Below are positions 12,441-24,451 of a DNA stretch of 64,000 nt, piece by piece. The stretch comes from Felis catus. Taxonomy: Eukaryota. The first letter of the stretch is position 1. Each line of letters opens with the position of its first letter. Position numbers and translations under genes: made by a program. Location: positions 210,988,001 to 211,052,000 of the forward strand of contig NC_058368.1 of NCBI RefSeq assembly GCF_018350175.1, given 5' to 3'. Below the pieces are notes generated by a model. That model was not told the DNA's origin. It did not search any database and worked only from the letters and a program-made list of their open reading frames with translations.

Positions 12441-13661
12441 TAAATGTGTACATTGCTTTGAGTGGTGTAGACATTTAAACAATGTGTGTTCTTCCAATCT
12501 ATGAGCATGGAATGCTTTTCCATTTTTTGTGTCCTCTTCAATTTCTTCATAAGTGTTGTATAGTTTTCAGAATATAGATCTTTTACCTTTTTACTTAGGT
12601 TTATTCCTAGGTATCTTATTGTTTTTGCAATAAGCAAATGGGATTGATTTTTTGAATTCTTTTTCTGCCTCTTTGTTATTGCTGTAAGTGGGATGTTAAA
12701 GTCCTCTACTGCTATTGTATTATTATTGATGAGTTTCTTTGTTTGTTATTAGTTGATTTATATATTTGGGCTTCCAAGTATGGGGCGTAAATATTGATAA
12801 TTGTTAGAACTTCTTGATGGATAGACCCCTTAATTTTGATATAATACCCTTCCTCATCTCTTATTACAGTCTTTGTTTTAAAATCTAGTTTGTCTGATAT
12901 AAGCATGACTACTCTGGCTTTCTTTTGACATCCATTAGTATGATAGATGGTTCTCCATCCCCTCACTTTCAATCTGCAAGTGTTTTAAGTCTAAAATGAG
13001 TCTCTTGTAGGCAGCATATAGATGGATCTTTTTTTTTTAATCCATTTTGATACCCTATGTCTTTTGATTGGAACACTTAGTCCATTTGCATTCAGAATGA
13101 TTCTTGAAAGATATGAATTTAGTGACATTCTGTTACTTGTAGAATTAGTGCTTCTGGTGATGCTCTAGTCTTTGGGGTTTGGTCCTTTCTGGTCCTTTCT
13201 AGTCTCTGTTGCTTTTGGTCTTTATTTTTTTCTACACTTAAAGAGTCCCACTTAAAATTTCTTATATGGCTGGTTTCGTGGTCACAAACTCCTCTAGTTT
13301 CTGTTTGTCTGGGAAACTCTTTATCTCCCTATTTTGAGTGACAGCCCTGCTGTATAGAATATTCTTCACTGCATTTTTTTTTCCATTTATCACATTGAAT
13401 GTCTCTTGCTACTCTTTTCTGTCCTGCCAAGTTTCTGTGGGCATATCTGTTTTGAACCTGATCTGTCTTCCCTCATGCATTAAGGAAATTTTGGCCCTTG
13501 CTGTTTTCAGGATTTTTTCTTTGTCTCCGTATTTTGTGATTTTGACTATGATATATCTTGGCAATGGCCAGCTTTTGGGAGTTCTCTGTGCTTCTTGGAT
13601 TTTTTTTTTTCAATTTGCAATGGTATTTATCTATCTATCTATTTATTTATTTATTATTTTT

Positions 13662-15427
13662 TTTCTTTTATTGATGTGATGAATCACGTTAATTGTTTTG
13701 CAGATGTTGAACCAGCCCTGCATCCCAGGTATAAATCCCACTTGGTCGTGGTGAATAATTTTTTTAATGTATTGTTGGATCCAGTTGGCTAATATCTTGT
13801 TGAGGATTTTTGCATCCATGTTCTTCAGGGAAATTGATCCATAGTTCTCCTTTTTAGTGGGGTCTTTGTCTGGTTTTGGAATCAAGGTAATGCTGGCTTC
13901 ACAAAAAGAGTTTGGAAGTTTTCCTTCCGTTTCTATTTTTTGGAACAGTTTCAGGAGAATAGGTGTTAATTCTTCCTTAAATGTTTAGTAGAATTCCCCT
14001 GGAAAGCCCTCTGGTCCTGGACTCTTGGTTTTTGGCAGATTTTTGATTACTAATTCGATTTCCTTACTGGTTATGGGTCTGTTCAAATTTTCTATTTCTT
14101 CCTGTTTCAGTTTTGGTAGTGTATATGTTTCTAGGGATTTGTCCATTTCTTCCAGATTGCCCATTTTATTGGCATATAATTGCTCATAATATTCTCTTAT
14201 TATTGTTTTTATTTCTGTTGTGTTGGTTGTGATCTCTCCTCTTTCATTCTTGATTTTACTTATTTGGGTCCTTTCCTTTTTCTTTTTGATCAAACTGGCT
14301 AGTGGTTTATCAATTTTGTTAATTCTTTCAAAGAACCAGCTTCTGGTTTCATTGATCTGTTCTACTGGGTTTTTTTGGTTTTGATAGCATTAATTTCTGC
14401 TCTAATCTTTATTATTTCCTGTCTTCTGCTGGTTTTGGGTTTTATTTGCTGTTTCTTTTCCAGCTCCTTAAGGCGTAAGGTTAGGTTGTGTATCTGAGAT
14501 CTTTCTTCCTTCTTTAGGAAGGCCTGGATTGCTATATACTTTCCTCTTATGACCGCCTTTGCTGCGTCCCAGAGGTTTTGGGTTGTGGTGCTATCATTTT
14601 CATTGACTTCCATACACTTTTTAATTTCCTCTTATCTTCTTGGTTAGCCCATTCATTCTTTAGTAGGATGTTTTTCAGTCTCCAAGTATTTGTTACCTTT
14701 CCAAATCTTTTATTGTGGTTGATTTTGAATTTCATAGCATTGTGGTCTGAAAATATGCACAGTATGATCTCAATCTTTTTGTACTTACTTAGGGCTGATT
14801 TTTGTCCCAGTATATTGTCTATTCTGGAGAACATTCCATGTGCACTGGAGAAGAATGTATATTCTGCTGCTTTGGGATGAAATGTTCTGAATATTTCTGT
14901 GAAGCCCCTCTGGTCCAATGTGTCATTCAAAGCCATTGTTTCCTTGTTGATTTTTTGATTAGATGATCTGTCCATTGTTGTGAGGGGGTGTTGAAGTCTC
15001 CTACCATTATGGTATTACTATTGATGAGTTTCTTTATGTTTGTGATTAATTGATTTATATATTTGGGTGCTGCCACATTTGGTGCATAAATGTTTACAAT
15101 TGTTAGGTCTTCTTGGTCTGTAGACCCTTTGATCATGATATAATGCTCTTCTGCATATCTTGATACAGTCTTTATTTTAAAGTCTAGATTTTCTGATATA
15201 AGTATGACTACTCTGGCTTCCTTTTGTTGACCATTAGCATGATAGATGGTTCTCCATCCCCTTATTTTCAATCTGTAGGTGTCTTTAGGTCTAAAGTGGG
15301 TCTCTTGTAAACAGCATATAGATGGGTCTTGTTTTCTTATCCATTCTGTTACCCTATGTCTTTTGATTGGAGCATTGAGTCCATTGACGTTTAGAGTGAG
15401 TACTGAAAGATATGAATTTATTGCCAT
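13662..15427 (-). pseudogene. L1 ORF2 (EN, linker and start of RT), frameshifted and 3'-truncated
   Basis: ORF-track pieces MAINSYLSVLTLNVNGLN...[54 protein letters not shown]. Confidence 0.93.
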
Positions 15428-15490
15428 TATGATGCTTGTAAAGTTGGAGTTTCTGGTGGTGTTCTCTGGTCCTTTCTAATCTTTTGTTGC

Positions 15491-15493
<3 letters not shown>

Positions 15494-15533
<40 letters not shown>

Positions 15534-15542
15534 TTTTTTTTT
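15494..15542. repeat. (TG)n(TA)n(T)n microsatellite in the L1 inter-ORF spacer
   Basis: Directly visible. Confidence 0.95.
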
Positions 15543-15571
15543 CATCTTTTCTCCCCCTGAGAGAGTCCCCC

Positions 15572-16436
15572 TTAAAATTTCTTGCAGGGTGGTTTAGCGG
15601 TCACAAACTCCTTTAATTTTTGTTTGTCTGGGAAACTTTTCATCTCTCCTTCTATTTTAAATGACAGCCTTGCTGGATAAAGAATTCTTGGCTGCATATT
15701 TTTCTGATTCGGCACACTGAATATATCCCACCACTTCTTTCTGGCCTGCCAAGTTTTTGTGGATAGGTCTGCTGCAAACCTGATCTGTCTTCCCTTGTAG
15801 GTTAGGGACTTTTTTTCCCTTGTTGCTTTCATGATTCTCTCCTTGCTTGAGTATTTTGTGAATTTCACTATATATGCCTTGCTGATGGTCGGTTTTTGTT
15901 GAATCTAATGGGAGTCCTCTGTACTTACTGGATTTTGATGTCTGTGTCTTTCTCCAGGTTAGGAAAGTTTTCTGCTATTATTTGCTCACATAACCCTTCA
16001 ACCCCTTTTTCTCTCTCTTCCTCCTCTGGGACCCTATGATTCTGATGTTGTTCCTTTTTAATGAGTCAGTGATTTCTCTAATTCTTAAATCGTGCTCTTT
16101 TGCTTTAATTTCCCTCTTTTTTTTCTGCTTCATTATTCTCTATAAATTTGTCCTCTGTATCGCTGATTCTCTGTTCTCCCTCATCCATCCTTGCCACCAC
16201 TGCATCTATCCGTGATTGCAGCTCAGTTATAGCATTTTTAATTTCATTCTGGCTATTTTTTACTTCTTTTATCTCTGCAGAAGGGGATTCTAATCTATTT
16301 TTGACTCCAGCTAGTATTCTTATTATCATGATTCTAAATTCTGTTTCAGACATCTTGCTTGTGTCTATGTTGGTTAAATCCCTGCCGTCGTTTCTTCGTG
16401 CTCTTTCTTTTGGGGTGAATTCCTTTGTTTTGTCAT
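15572..16436 (-). pseudogene. L1 ORF1 of the nested element, frameshifted
   Basis: ATG at 16436; MSETEFRIMIIRILAG..., QPRILYPARLSFKIEGEMKSFPDKQKLKEF. Confidence 0.92.
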
Positions 16437-16649
16437 TTTGAAGGCAGAAAAGGAATTAATGAGGTAGAGAAATTGAAATTAAAAATGTTAAATTAAAAAA
16501 ATATTAAAATTAAGAATTAAAAATTAAAAACACACACACACAAATCGAATAGATGATGCTAGATCCTAGGTGTGTTTTGGTCTGGGTGTTGAAAGTGGTT
16601 TGACAGATTAGAGAAACCAAAAAAAAGGGGGGGGAGGGGGAAAAAAAGG

Positions 16650-17345
16650 AAATCATTTGAGAATTTGAAAAAATGAATACACTGAAGTAGACTAAAATGA
16701 TATGATGTGGGTAAAATAGAATTTGAAAAAATATACACAAAAGTAGAGAATATAGTAGGAAAAAATTAAAGAAAAATATTTTTAATAAAAATTAAAAAGA
16801 AATATGATTTTTTTTGTTTTCTGTATTTAAGAATAAAGAAAAGAAATGAAAAAGAGAAAAAAGATAAAAAAAAGAAAAAGAAAAGAAAAAAGAAATCATT
16901 TCAAAATTTGAACAAGTGAATACACTGTAGTAGACTGAAATAAAATGATGGGAGCAAGATAGAATTTGAAAAAATTTAAATAAAAGCAAAAAATATAGTA
17001 ATAAGGATTAAATAAAAATATTTTTAAAAGAAATTGAAAGTAAAAATGAAGTTTTTCTCTTTCTGCATTCAAGAAAAAGAAAAGAAATGAAAAAGAAAGA
17101 AAAGAAAGGAAATTGTTTGAAAATTTGAAAAGGTGAGTACACTGAAGTAGACTAAAATAAAATAATGGAAGTAAAGTAGAATTTGAAAAAATTTACACAA
17201 AAGTAAAAAATATAGTAATAAAAATTAAAGACAGATATTTTTAATAAAAATCGAAAATAAAAATGAGTTTTTTCTCTTTCTGTATCCAAGAAAAAGAAAA
17301 GAATTGTAAAAGAGACAAAGGAAAAAGAGAAAAAAAGAAAGAAAA
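16650..17345. repeat. Three tandem ~220-240 bp AT-rich units in the nested L1 5'UTR
   Basis: Motif tacactg(a/t)agtagact(a/g)aaat recurs at 16678, 16921 and 17138. Confidence 0.9.
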
Positions 17346-17524
17346 AAAATTGAATAGATGAACCTGCTAACAGATTGAAGTGGAACTGAAATTGCTTTGT
17401 TTTCCCCTAGAGGTCAGTCCATGTAGCTCTTTATAGTCCATAAATTAAGCCGGCGGTGAGGTTTGTGTTCTTGAAGAGCGAAGTTGGCCCAGTTGGGCGA
17501 GGCTTAGTGTAAAAGCTACGCTCT

Positions 17525-17538
17525 CCACTAGATGGCGC
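17525..17538 (+). promoter_or_regulatory. CTCF core motif in the nested L1 5'UTR
   Basis: CCACTAGATGGCGC matches the CCASYAGRKGGCRS consensus; binding not shown. Confidence 0.5.
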
Positions 17539-18742
17539 TGCTAGACTACTGGGGTGCATTGCTGTGGTGCTCATAGGTGCGCATGTGCATACACGGGAAC
17601 AATGAAAATGGCACCACCCAGCTACCCAGTCTGTTCTCCCAGATCAGCAATCCCGCACTGGTCTTCTGTCTTCAGCTCTTGTCCACTCCCCGCTTTTCGA
17701 CTCTCCGTGACCAGGCCCCAGGCAGTACCTCTCTCCCGAGTTTTGTCTCAGATGCGGCTGTTTTCCTCTGCTCCTTACTTCCGAAGGACTGCGGCTTTGA
17801 GGGTCTCACTGAGCCACGGCTGAATGAGCAATGGCCGAATGCCGGCTGCACCCAGGAACGCCTGCTGGACCCTGCTGTTGCCGGTGCCCCGAGACTGCAG
17901 CCAGGTGCCAGCCTGCCCCCCAAAAAGATCGCGAGACAGTGTAGCCTCAGCGTTTCAGGGATTATGGAAAATCGCAACACACATCGGGCACCAGGATTCA
18001 CCCTCAACGACCTTGCCCCAACACCAGTGAATGTGGCTGCCTTCTGAGGTCTGCTGGGACAAGGTGGCTTCAACAGGCTCTACCAAATGTCCTTCCAGCA
18101 GTGGAACCGCTTTTCCCTGTGTGGCCTGAGAACCTCCCAGACCCCACTCTATTCATGGGGATTCACCTTTTCCACCAGAGCACTGCTGTGGAGTTGCAGC
18201 CTTTGGGCTCCCCTCGTTTACAGTCTTAATGGAACTTAAACCCTCTCCTTTCCCCTTTCTCCCTTTTTAGTTTAGTCCCTGCCGCTGTTTTCAATTTCCA
18301 CTTTCTCTCCAGCTGCTTTTGGGGAGGGTGCTTTTCCCATATGCTCTCCCCTCTCCAGTCTCCCTCCTCTCTCTGCCCACAAAAGGGGTTCCCTACCTTT
18401 CGCGGCTTCTTGCTCCCCAAGTTCAGCTCTTCGTGTCGTGTACCTGCTGAATTCTGTGGTTCAGGTTGTGCAGATTGTTGTGTGAATCTTCCAGTCAGTT
18501 TTCTAGGTGTGTAGGATGGTTTAGTGTTGGTCTGGCTGTATTTCATGGATGCGAGATACACAAAAAGCTTTTGTGCTGTTCCGCCATCTTGGCTCCTCTG
18601 CTGTGCTTCTTGGATTTTGATGTCTGTGTCCTTCCCCAGATGAGGGAAGTTTTCAGCTATAATTTGCTCCCATATACCTTCTGCCACTTTTCCTCTCTTT
18701 TCATCTTCTGGAACTCCTATAATAAGAATGTCATTATGTCTT

Positions 18743-18987
18743 GGGGCACCTGGGTGGCTTAGTTGGGTATCAGACTTCAGCTCAGGTCATGATTTCATGG
18801 TCCATGGGTTCGAGCCCTGGACTGGGCTCTGAGCTGACAGCTTGGAGCCTGCAGCCTGCTTCAAATTCTGTGTCTCCCTCTCCCTCTCTCTCTCTCTCTC
18901 TTTCTCTTTCTCTTTCTCTGCCCCTCCCTCATTCACATTCTATCTCTCTCTCTTTCAAAAAATAAGCATTAAAAACATTTTTTTAAA
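18743..18987 (+). mobile_element. CanSINE inserted in host L1 ORF1
   Basis: ggggcacctgggtggcttag...(CT)n...aaaaaataag; degenerate TSD gaatg(t/g)catta. Confidence 0.92.
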
Positions 18988-21900
18988 TGAATGGCATTAC
19001 CTTTTAATAAATCACTGAGTTCCCCAAGTCTGTCTTTGTGATCCTTGACTTTGTTTCTCTCTTGTTTTCAGCATCATTATTTCCCATAATTTTATCTTCT
19101 ATATTCCTCATTTGCTCCTATGCCTCATCTATCTTCGTTTTTATGGCCTTCATTTAGGTTTGCCTCTTGGTTACAGCATTTTTAAATTTCAGTCTGACTA
19201 AAATTTAGGTCTTTCATCTCTGCAAAAAGGGATTCTCTAGCCCAGCTATTGTCCTTTTAATCCTTTTAATCATTTTAAATTCTAATTCAGACATCTTACT
19301 TGTATGTGCTTTGACTAAATCCCTGGCTGTCATTTTATCCTGTTCTTTCTTTTGAGGTAAATTCCTCCATCTTGTTATTTGGGAGGAACAATAATAATAA
19401 TAATAGAATGAAATAAAAACTTTTAAATTTTTTAAAATTCGAATAAAGGAAGCTAGATCACAGGTGTGTTTTGGTCTGCTTAACAGAAACTTGATAGAAA
19501 AAGGAAGAGAAAAGAAAAGATAAACAAATTGAAAATTTTTAAAAATTAAAAAATTAAAAATTAATAAAATAAAATAAAAATAAAATGTTGCTCTTTCTGT
19601 ATCCAAGAAACAAAAGAAGAGAAAAACAACAACAACAAAAACAGAAGCAACAACAATGACCAAAGAACAAAAGAACAATCAAAAAAACCCAAATGGAGCC
19701 AGATCCATTTTCCCCTAGAGCTGAAACTTTGCCGCAGTCTTTTGTCAGTAGACTAAGCTCCTGAAAGGAATTTGTGCTGATCTTCTGAGGCAAGAGCCTG
19801 CGGCTCTGTTTCTCAGGCTGATTCACCCTAGAGGAGGTGTGCCTAGAGGGCACCAGGGGGGTGGGACTTGGTGTAATGGCTCCGTTTCCTGCTTGGTGGA
19901 GCTGTTTAGCTCGCTGGAGTCAATAGTGTTGGTAGGCTACTGGAAAAATGGCTTCACCCCACTCTCTAGTGTCCAGAGTGGGGAGCTTAAGCCCTCACTG
20001 ATGCGCAGTCACCCCTTCTGTGTCCCCCACCTCCGTCAGCTCCCTGCCTTCTTCCTGTCTGTGCCTGAGCTGTCCGTCTACCAGGCAGTGCCTATTTTCA
20101 GGGTTTTATCCCAGGCATGGCTATGTTTCAAAACCCCACGGTTTGGACCCACGGTGATTTTGGGGGGCGGGTCTCAATGCTATGGCCAAGGCCATCTTGT
20201 CCCAGAAAACAGTTGTGCCACCACCCAGTGGCAGTGGCTCAGAGTTCATGGTAAATTGCAGCACAGATCTGCCACCAGGGTTTGCTGCCTTCAGCTGGCC
20301 TCTTTTTTCCTTGATGGCACCCCTCACATCTTTTGCCTGCAGAGAGGCCATATTGCTTCTGCCAAATGCACTCCAAGCAGGGAAACAGCTTCTCCCCGTG
20401 TGACCCTGGGGATCCTCAAATCACGCTGCCCACTCCTGGGGCTCTGCCCTGCTTCCTCACTGGAACACCACCAGAACTGATCTCTGAAACCTCAGACTCT
20501 GTGCTCCACTGTTTATAAAACACTGGCAGTATTGAAATCTTCTCCTCTTTTTCCGTGTCAGTGGTTTTGGGAAACAGTTATCTTGTGCAGTCCACTGTAA
20601 GTTGTTCTCACTCTTTCTCTCTAGCTGCTTTCGGGGAGGGTGCTTTCTTGTGCAAACCGCATGCACTGCTCTCACTCCCCTACCCTGTCGTTCTCCTCTC
20701 TGTAAAAATGGCTCCCTCCCCTCTGTGGCACCGTGGCTCTTTTCTCCCCCAGATCACCTTTCCACACCATGTACCTGCTGTGTTCTCTCCTTCAAATTAT
20801 GCGCATCGCTCTGTTTATCCTCAGATCAATTTCAGGTGTTCAAAGTGGTTTGATTGATCTAGATGTGTTTAAGGATGAGACAAGGCTAGGGTCCCCTTAC
20901 TACTCTGCCATCTTAACTCTTCTCTTAGGGTAAACATTTTGAACTTCGTGAAAAAGATTGTGTACATACTTAATTGAAGCTCTTTACTAATTCGAAATAA
21001 GTCTTCCCAAATTATTAACCATTAATGAAGTTTCTTCTCTTCCTAGAAAGGATAAAGTATTTAATGTACTCTTGCATTAAAAAAAATTCTTTTAAAAATG
21101 AGATATAATTAAGCATATAACTTAAGACATTATGTGAGTAATAGTCAAAAATAATCAGAATTATCAGACATAGAGAAGTAATTAGTAGTATAATTTAGTT
21201 CAGTGACTTTACTTTCTTCTTTGGGATAGCCATTGAAAAATTAAGAATTAGAAAAATTTTCATTCAGTAAATCTATATACATTTAAACAATACTACAATC
21301 ACCTGTGAATTGCTGCTGGGTTCAGATGAAAACTGGAAGGGACAAAAATCACTGGGAAAATGTTAGCAGACCAAGAATAAGATAGGATGAAAAAAGAGAC
21401 AATGGGGAGACACTGCACTGAAGAGAAAAGGGAGATATAAACAAAGAGAATGAAAGAGAAGTTGGACATGAAGGAAGCGATTGAACAATTTTTAGATGTT
21501 ACTAGACTTTCACTTAGCATTGCTCTTCCCTGGGGGAGGGAGGAGGGTGTTTAGAAAGTGTTCACCCTTTATTTTCTCTGATTTGAAATAAGCAACATAC
21601 TCATTGTTCTGCATTCTCTTTAGCCCTAACCCTTGAGATGCTCTGTTCTAAATCATCTAACCATGAAGTTGGGAAAATTATATGATATGTCTGAAAACAA
21701 CGTCTCAGCTAATATTCTCCGTTGGGTTAGATTTTAGACCAACCCACTGAATACCAAATCCAAGACCGGTATATCCAGTAGGATGATCATTTACTCAACC
21801 TCTGCCCTAGTTCTGTAAACTATAGTAGTAAACACAGTTGCTGCAATAACGGACATGATCGGCTATAACACAGTGTGTGCACCTGCACATACACCCACAT

Positions 21901-22438
21901 ACACCAAAGATAACTTTCTTCTGGGAAACTGGCAACATGTATGTTACTGATACCAAGTTAACTATATCCTTCCATAGTTCAGGGTGTGTTCTCATACTTC
22001 ATGCCTAGGACCAGGCTAAATTTTTGGAGTGGTCCCAAGAAACTATAGACAACAAATGTAAAGGAAAAAAATATGTTTATATTTAGATGCTTATACACTT
22101 GTCAATGTATAGAGACAAGATTAAGACCTTCTGTTTGAGAAGAGACATTTAAATACATCTTTGTGGCTCTAGTAACATTAATAGTACAAAAAAGCTAACA
22201 TATGTTGATGCCTACATGCATGAGGTACTTGGCAGTTCACAAATCTACTTTTCTGTAAGGTAAATAAAAACTGCAAGTATTTGCAAACTTTAAGTACAGT
22301 TTTTAAAGGAGCTATTACCTATTACATCTGTATCAAGTCTTCCACGTTGCAGGTTCTCTGAAAAGAAGCAGTGTAGTAAAGTGGAAAGACACGGTCTTCT
22401 ATTGCTGTAAAACTTAGTGGCTTAAAATGACCATTTCA

Positions 22439-23384
22439 GAAACGGACCCACAAATGTCTAGCCAACTCATCTTTGACAAAGCAGGAAAAAATGTCCAATG
22501 GAATAAAGACAGTCTCTTCAGCAAATCGTGCTGGGAAAACTGTACAGCAACATGCAGAAAGGTGAACCTGGACCACTTTCTTATACCATACACAAAATAA
22601 ACTGAAAATGGGTGAAAGACCTAAATGTAAGATAGGAAGCCATCAAAATCCTAGAGGAGAAAGCAGGCAAAAACCTCTTTGATCTTGCCCACAGCAACTT
22701 CTTACTCAACACATAACTGGAGCAAGGGAAACAAAAGCAAAAATTAACTACTGGGACCTCATCAAAATAAAAAGCTTCTGCACAGCAAAGGAAACAATCA
22801 GCAAAACTAAAAGGCACCGACAGAATTGGAAAAGATATTTGCAAATGAAATATCAGATAAATGGTTAGTATCCAAAACCTATAAAGAACTTATCAAACTC
22901 CACACCCAAAAATCAAATAATCCAGTGAAGAAATGGGCAAAAGACACGAATAGACACTTTTCCAAAGAAGACATCCAGATGGCAAACAGACACATGAAAA
23001 CGTACTTAATATCACTCATCATCAGGGAAATACAAATCAAAACCACAATGAGATATGACCTTACTCCAGTAAGAATGGCTAAAATTAACAACTCAGGCAA
23101 TGACAGATTTTGGCGAGGATGCAGAGAAAGGGGGTCTCTTTTGCATTGTTGGTAGGAATGAATGCAAGCTGGTCAGCCACTCTGGAAAACAGTCTGGAGG
23201 TTCCTCAAAAAACTAAAAACAGAACTACCCTACGACCCAGAAATTGCACTACTAGGCATTTATCCAAGGGATACAGGTGTGCTGTTTCGAAGGTACCCAT
23301 GCATCTCCATGTTGCACTAGCAACAATAGCCAAGGTATGGAAAGAGCCTAAACGTCCGTCGATGGATGAATGAAGAAGATGTGG

Positions 23385-23420
<36 letters not shown>

Positions 23421-23845
23421 TATATATAGTATATTGTATATACATATACATATGTATATATATTGTATATATACATATACAATGGAGTATTACTTGGCAA
23501 TCAAAAAGAATGAAATCTTGCCACTTGCAACCACATGGATGGTACTAGAGGGTATTATGCTAAACAAAATTAGTCAGAGAAAGACAAATATCATATGACT
23601 TCACTCATATGAAGACTTTAAGATACAAAACAGATGGACATAAGGGAAGGGAAGCAAAAATAATATAAAAACAAGGAGGGGGACAGAACATAAGAGATCT
23701 TAAATATGGAGAACAAACAGGGTTGCTGGAGGGGTTGTAGGAGGGGGATGGGCTAAATGGATAAGGGACTTTAAGGAATCTGCTCTTGAAACCATTTGTC
23801 ACACTGTATGCTAAGTAACCTGGATGTAAATTAAAGAACGAGAAA
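22439..23845 (+). mobile_element. 5'-truncated L1 (ORF2 C-terminus and 3'UTR)
   Basis: [22 protein letters not shown]; perfect TSD aaaatgaccatttca at 22424-22438 and 23846-23860. Confidence 0.95.
23385..23480. repeat. Imperfect (TA)n microsatellite inside L1
   Basis: Directly visible. Confidence 0.9.
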
Positions 23846-23924
23846 AAAATGACCATTTCATTCTGACTACCATTTTTGGATGAACTTCTGAAAGAGCTCA
23901 ACCGTACAATTCTTGATTGGTGCC

Positions 23925-24130
23925 TGTAGTCAATTGAACAGTGTCCCCCCAAATTCTTATCTACCTAGAATATTAGTATGTGACCTTGTGGGAAATAGTA
24001 TCTTCACAGATATATTTGGTTAAGGATCTCAAGAGGAAATCATCATGGATTTAGAGTGGCCCCTAAATCCAGTGCCAGATGTGCTTAGAAGGAAAGGAGA
24101 GGACACAGGGATACACACACATAGAGAAGA
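23925..24130 (+). mobile_element. MaLR LTR fragment (MLT1C-like)
   Basis: ttgaacagtgtccccccaaattc...taaggatctcaagaggaaatcatcatggatttagagtggcccctaaatcc. Confidence 0.75.
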
Positions 24131-24242
24131 CTACTTCTCTACTTGTCATAATGAATTCCTACCACATCTGTATATTAAGTGTTATACCATTAAAGCTTTC
24201 CCTCCAGCTTGTTGAGCTTTTTCAAGAAGAAAGGAAGGCTCA

Positions 24243-24451
24243 GGGGCTCCTGGTTGGCTCAGTCGGTTAAGCATACCATTTCAGCTCAGGTCGTAATCTA
24301 GCAGCTCCTGAGTTCAAGCCTTGTGTGGGGCTCTGTGCTGACAGCTCAGAGCCTGGAGCCTGCTTTGGATTCTGTGTCTCCCTCTCTCTCTGCCTCTCCT
24401 CTGTTCATGCTCTCTCTCAAAAATAAATAAACATTAAAAGTTTTTCTTAAA
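24243..24451 (+). mobile_element. CanSINE
   Basis: Typical head and tail; TSD aagaagaaaggaag. Confidence 0.93.

Larger units (their letters stand above)
13604..18600 (-). mobile_element. Nested LINE-1: complete 5'UTR and ORF1 plus the 5' part of ORF2, ending within RT
   Basis: 5' end cagaggagccaagatggcgg at 18600; TSD ctgtgcttcttggatttt at 13586-13603 and 18601-18618; ORF2 ends at [10 protein letters not shown] followed by A-rich tails. Confidence 0.95.
10606..20922 (-). mobile_element. Outer (host) LINE-1 with full 5' end and internal ORF2 deletion, interrupted by a nested L1 and two CanSINEs
   Basis: T-tail and 3'UTR from ~10608; ORF2 C-terminal pieces (KLDHFLTPHTKINSKW); EN piece 12685-13130; ORF1 split at 13603/18619; 5' end gaagagttaagatggcagagtag at 20922; TSD tcttagggtaaa at 10594-10605 and 20923-20934. 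Confidence 0.92.

Noticed and set aside
19839..20480. Longest ORF (213 aa, + strand), antisense in the host L1 5'UTR and reminiscent of primate ORF0
   Set aside because: GTG start, GC-rich decayed 5'UTR and no recognisable domain; the nested element's antisense ORF (17577-18047) shows no evident peptide similarity.
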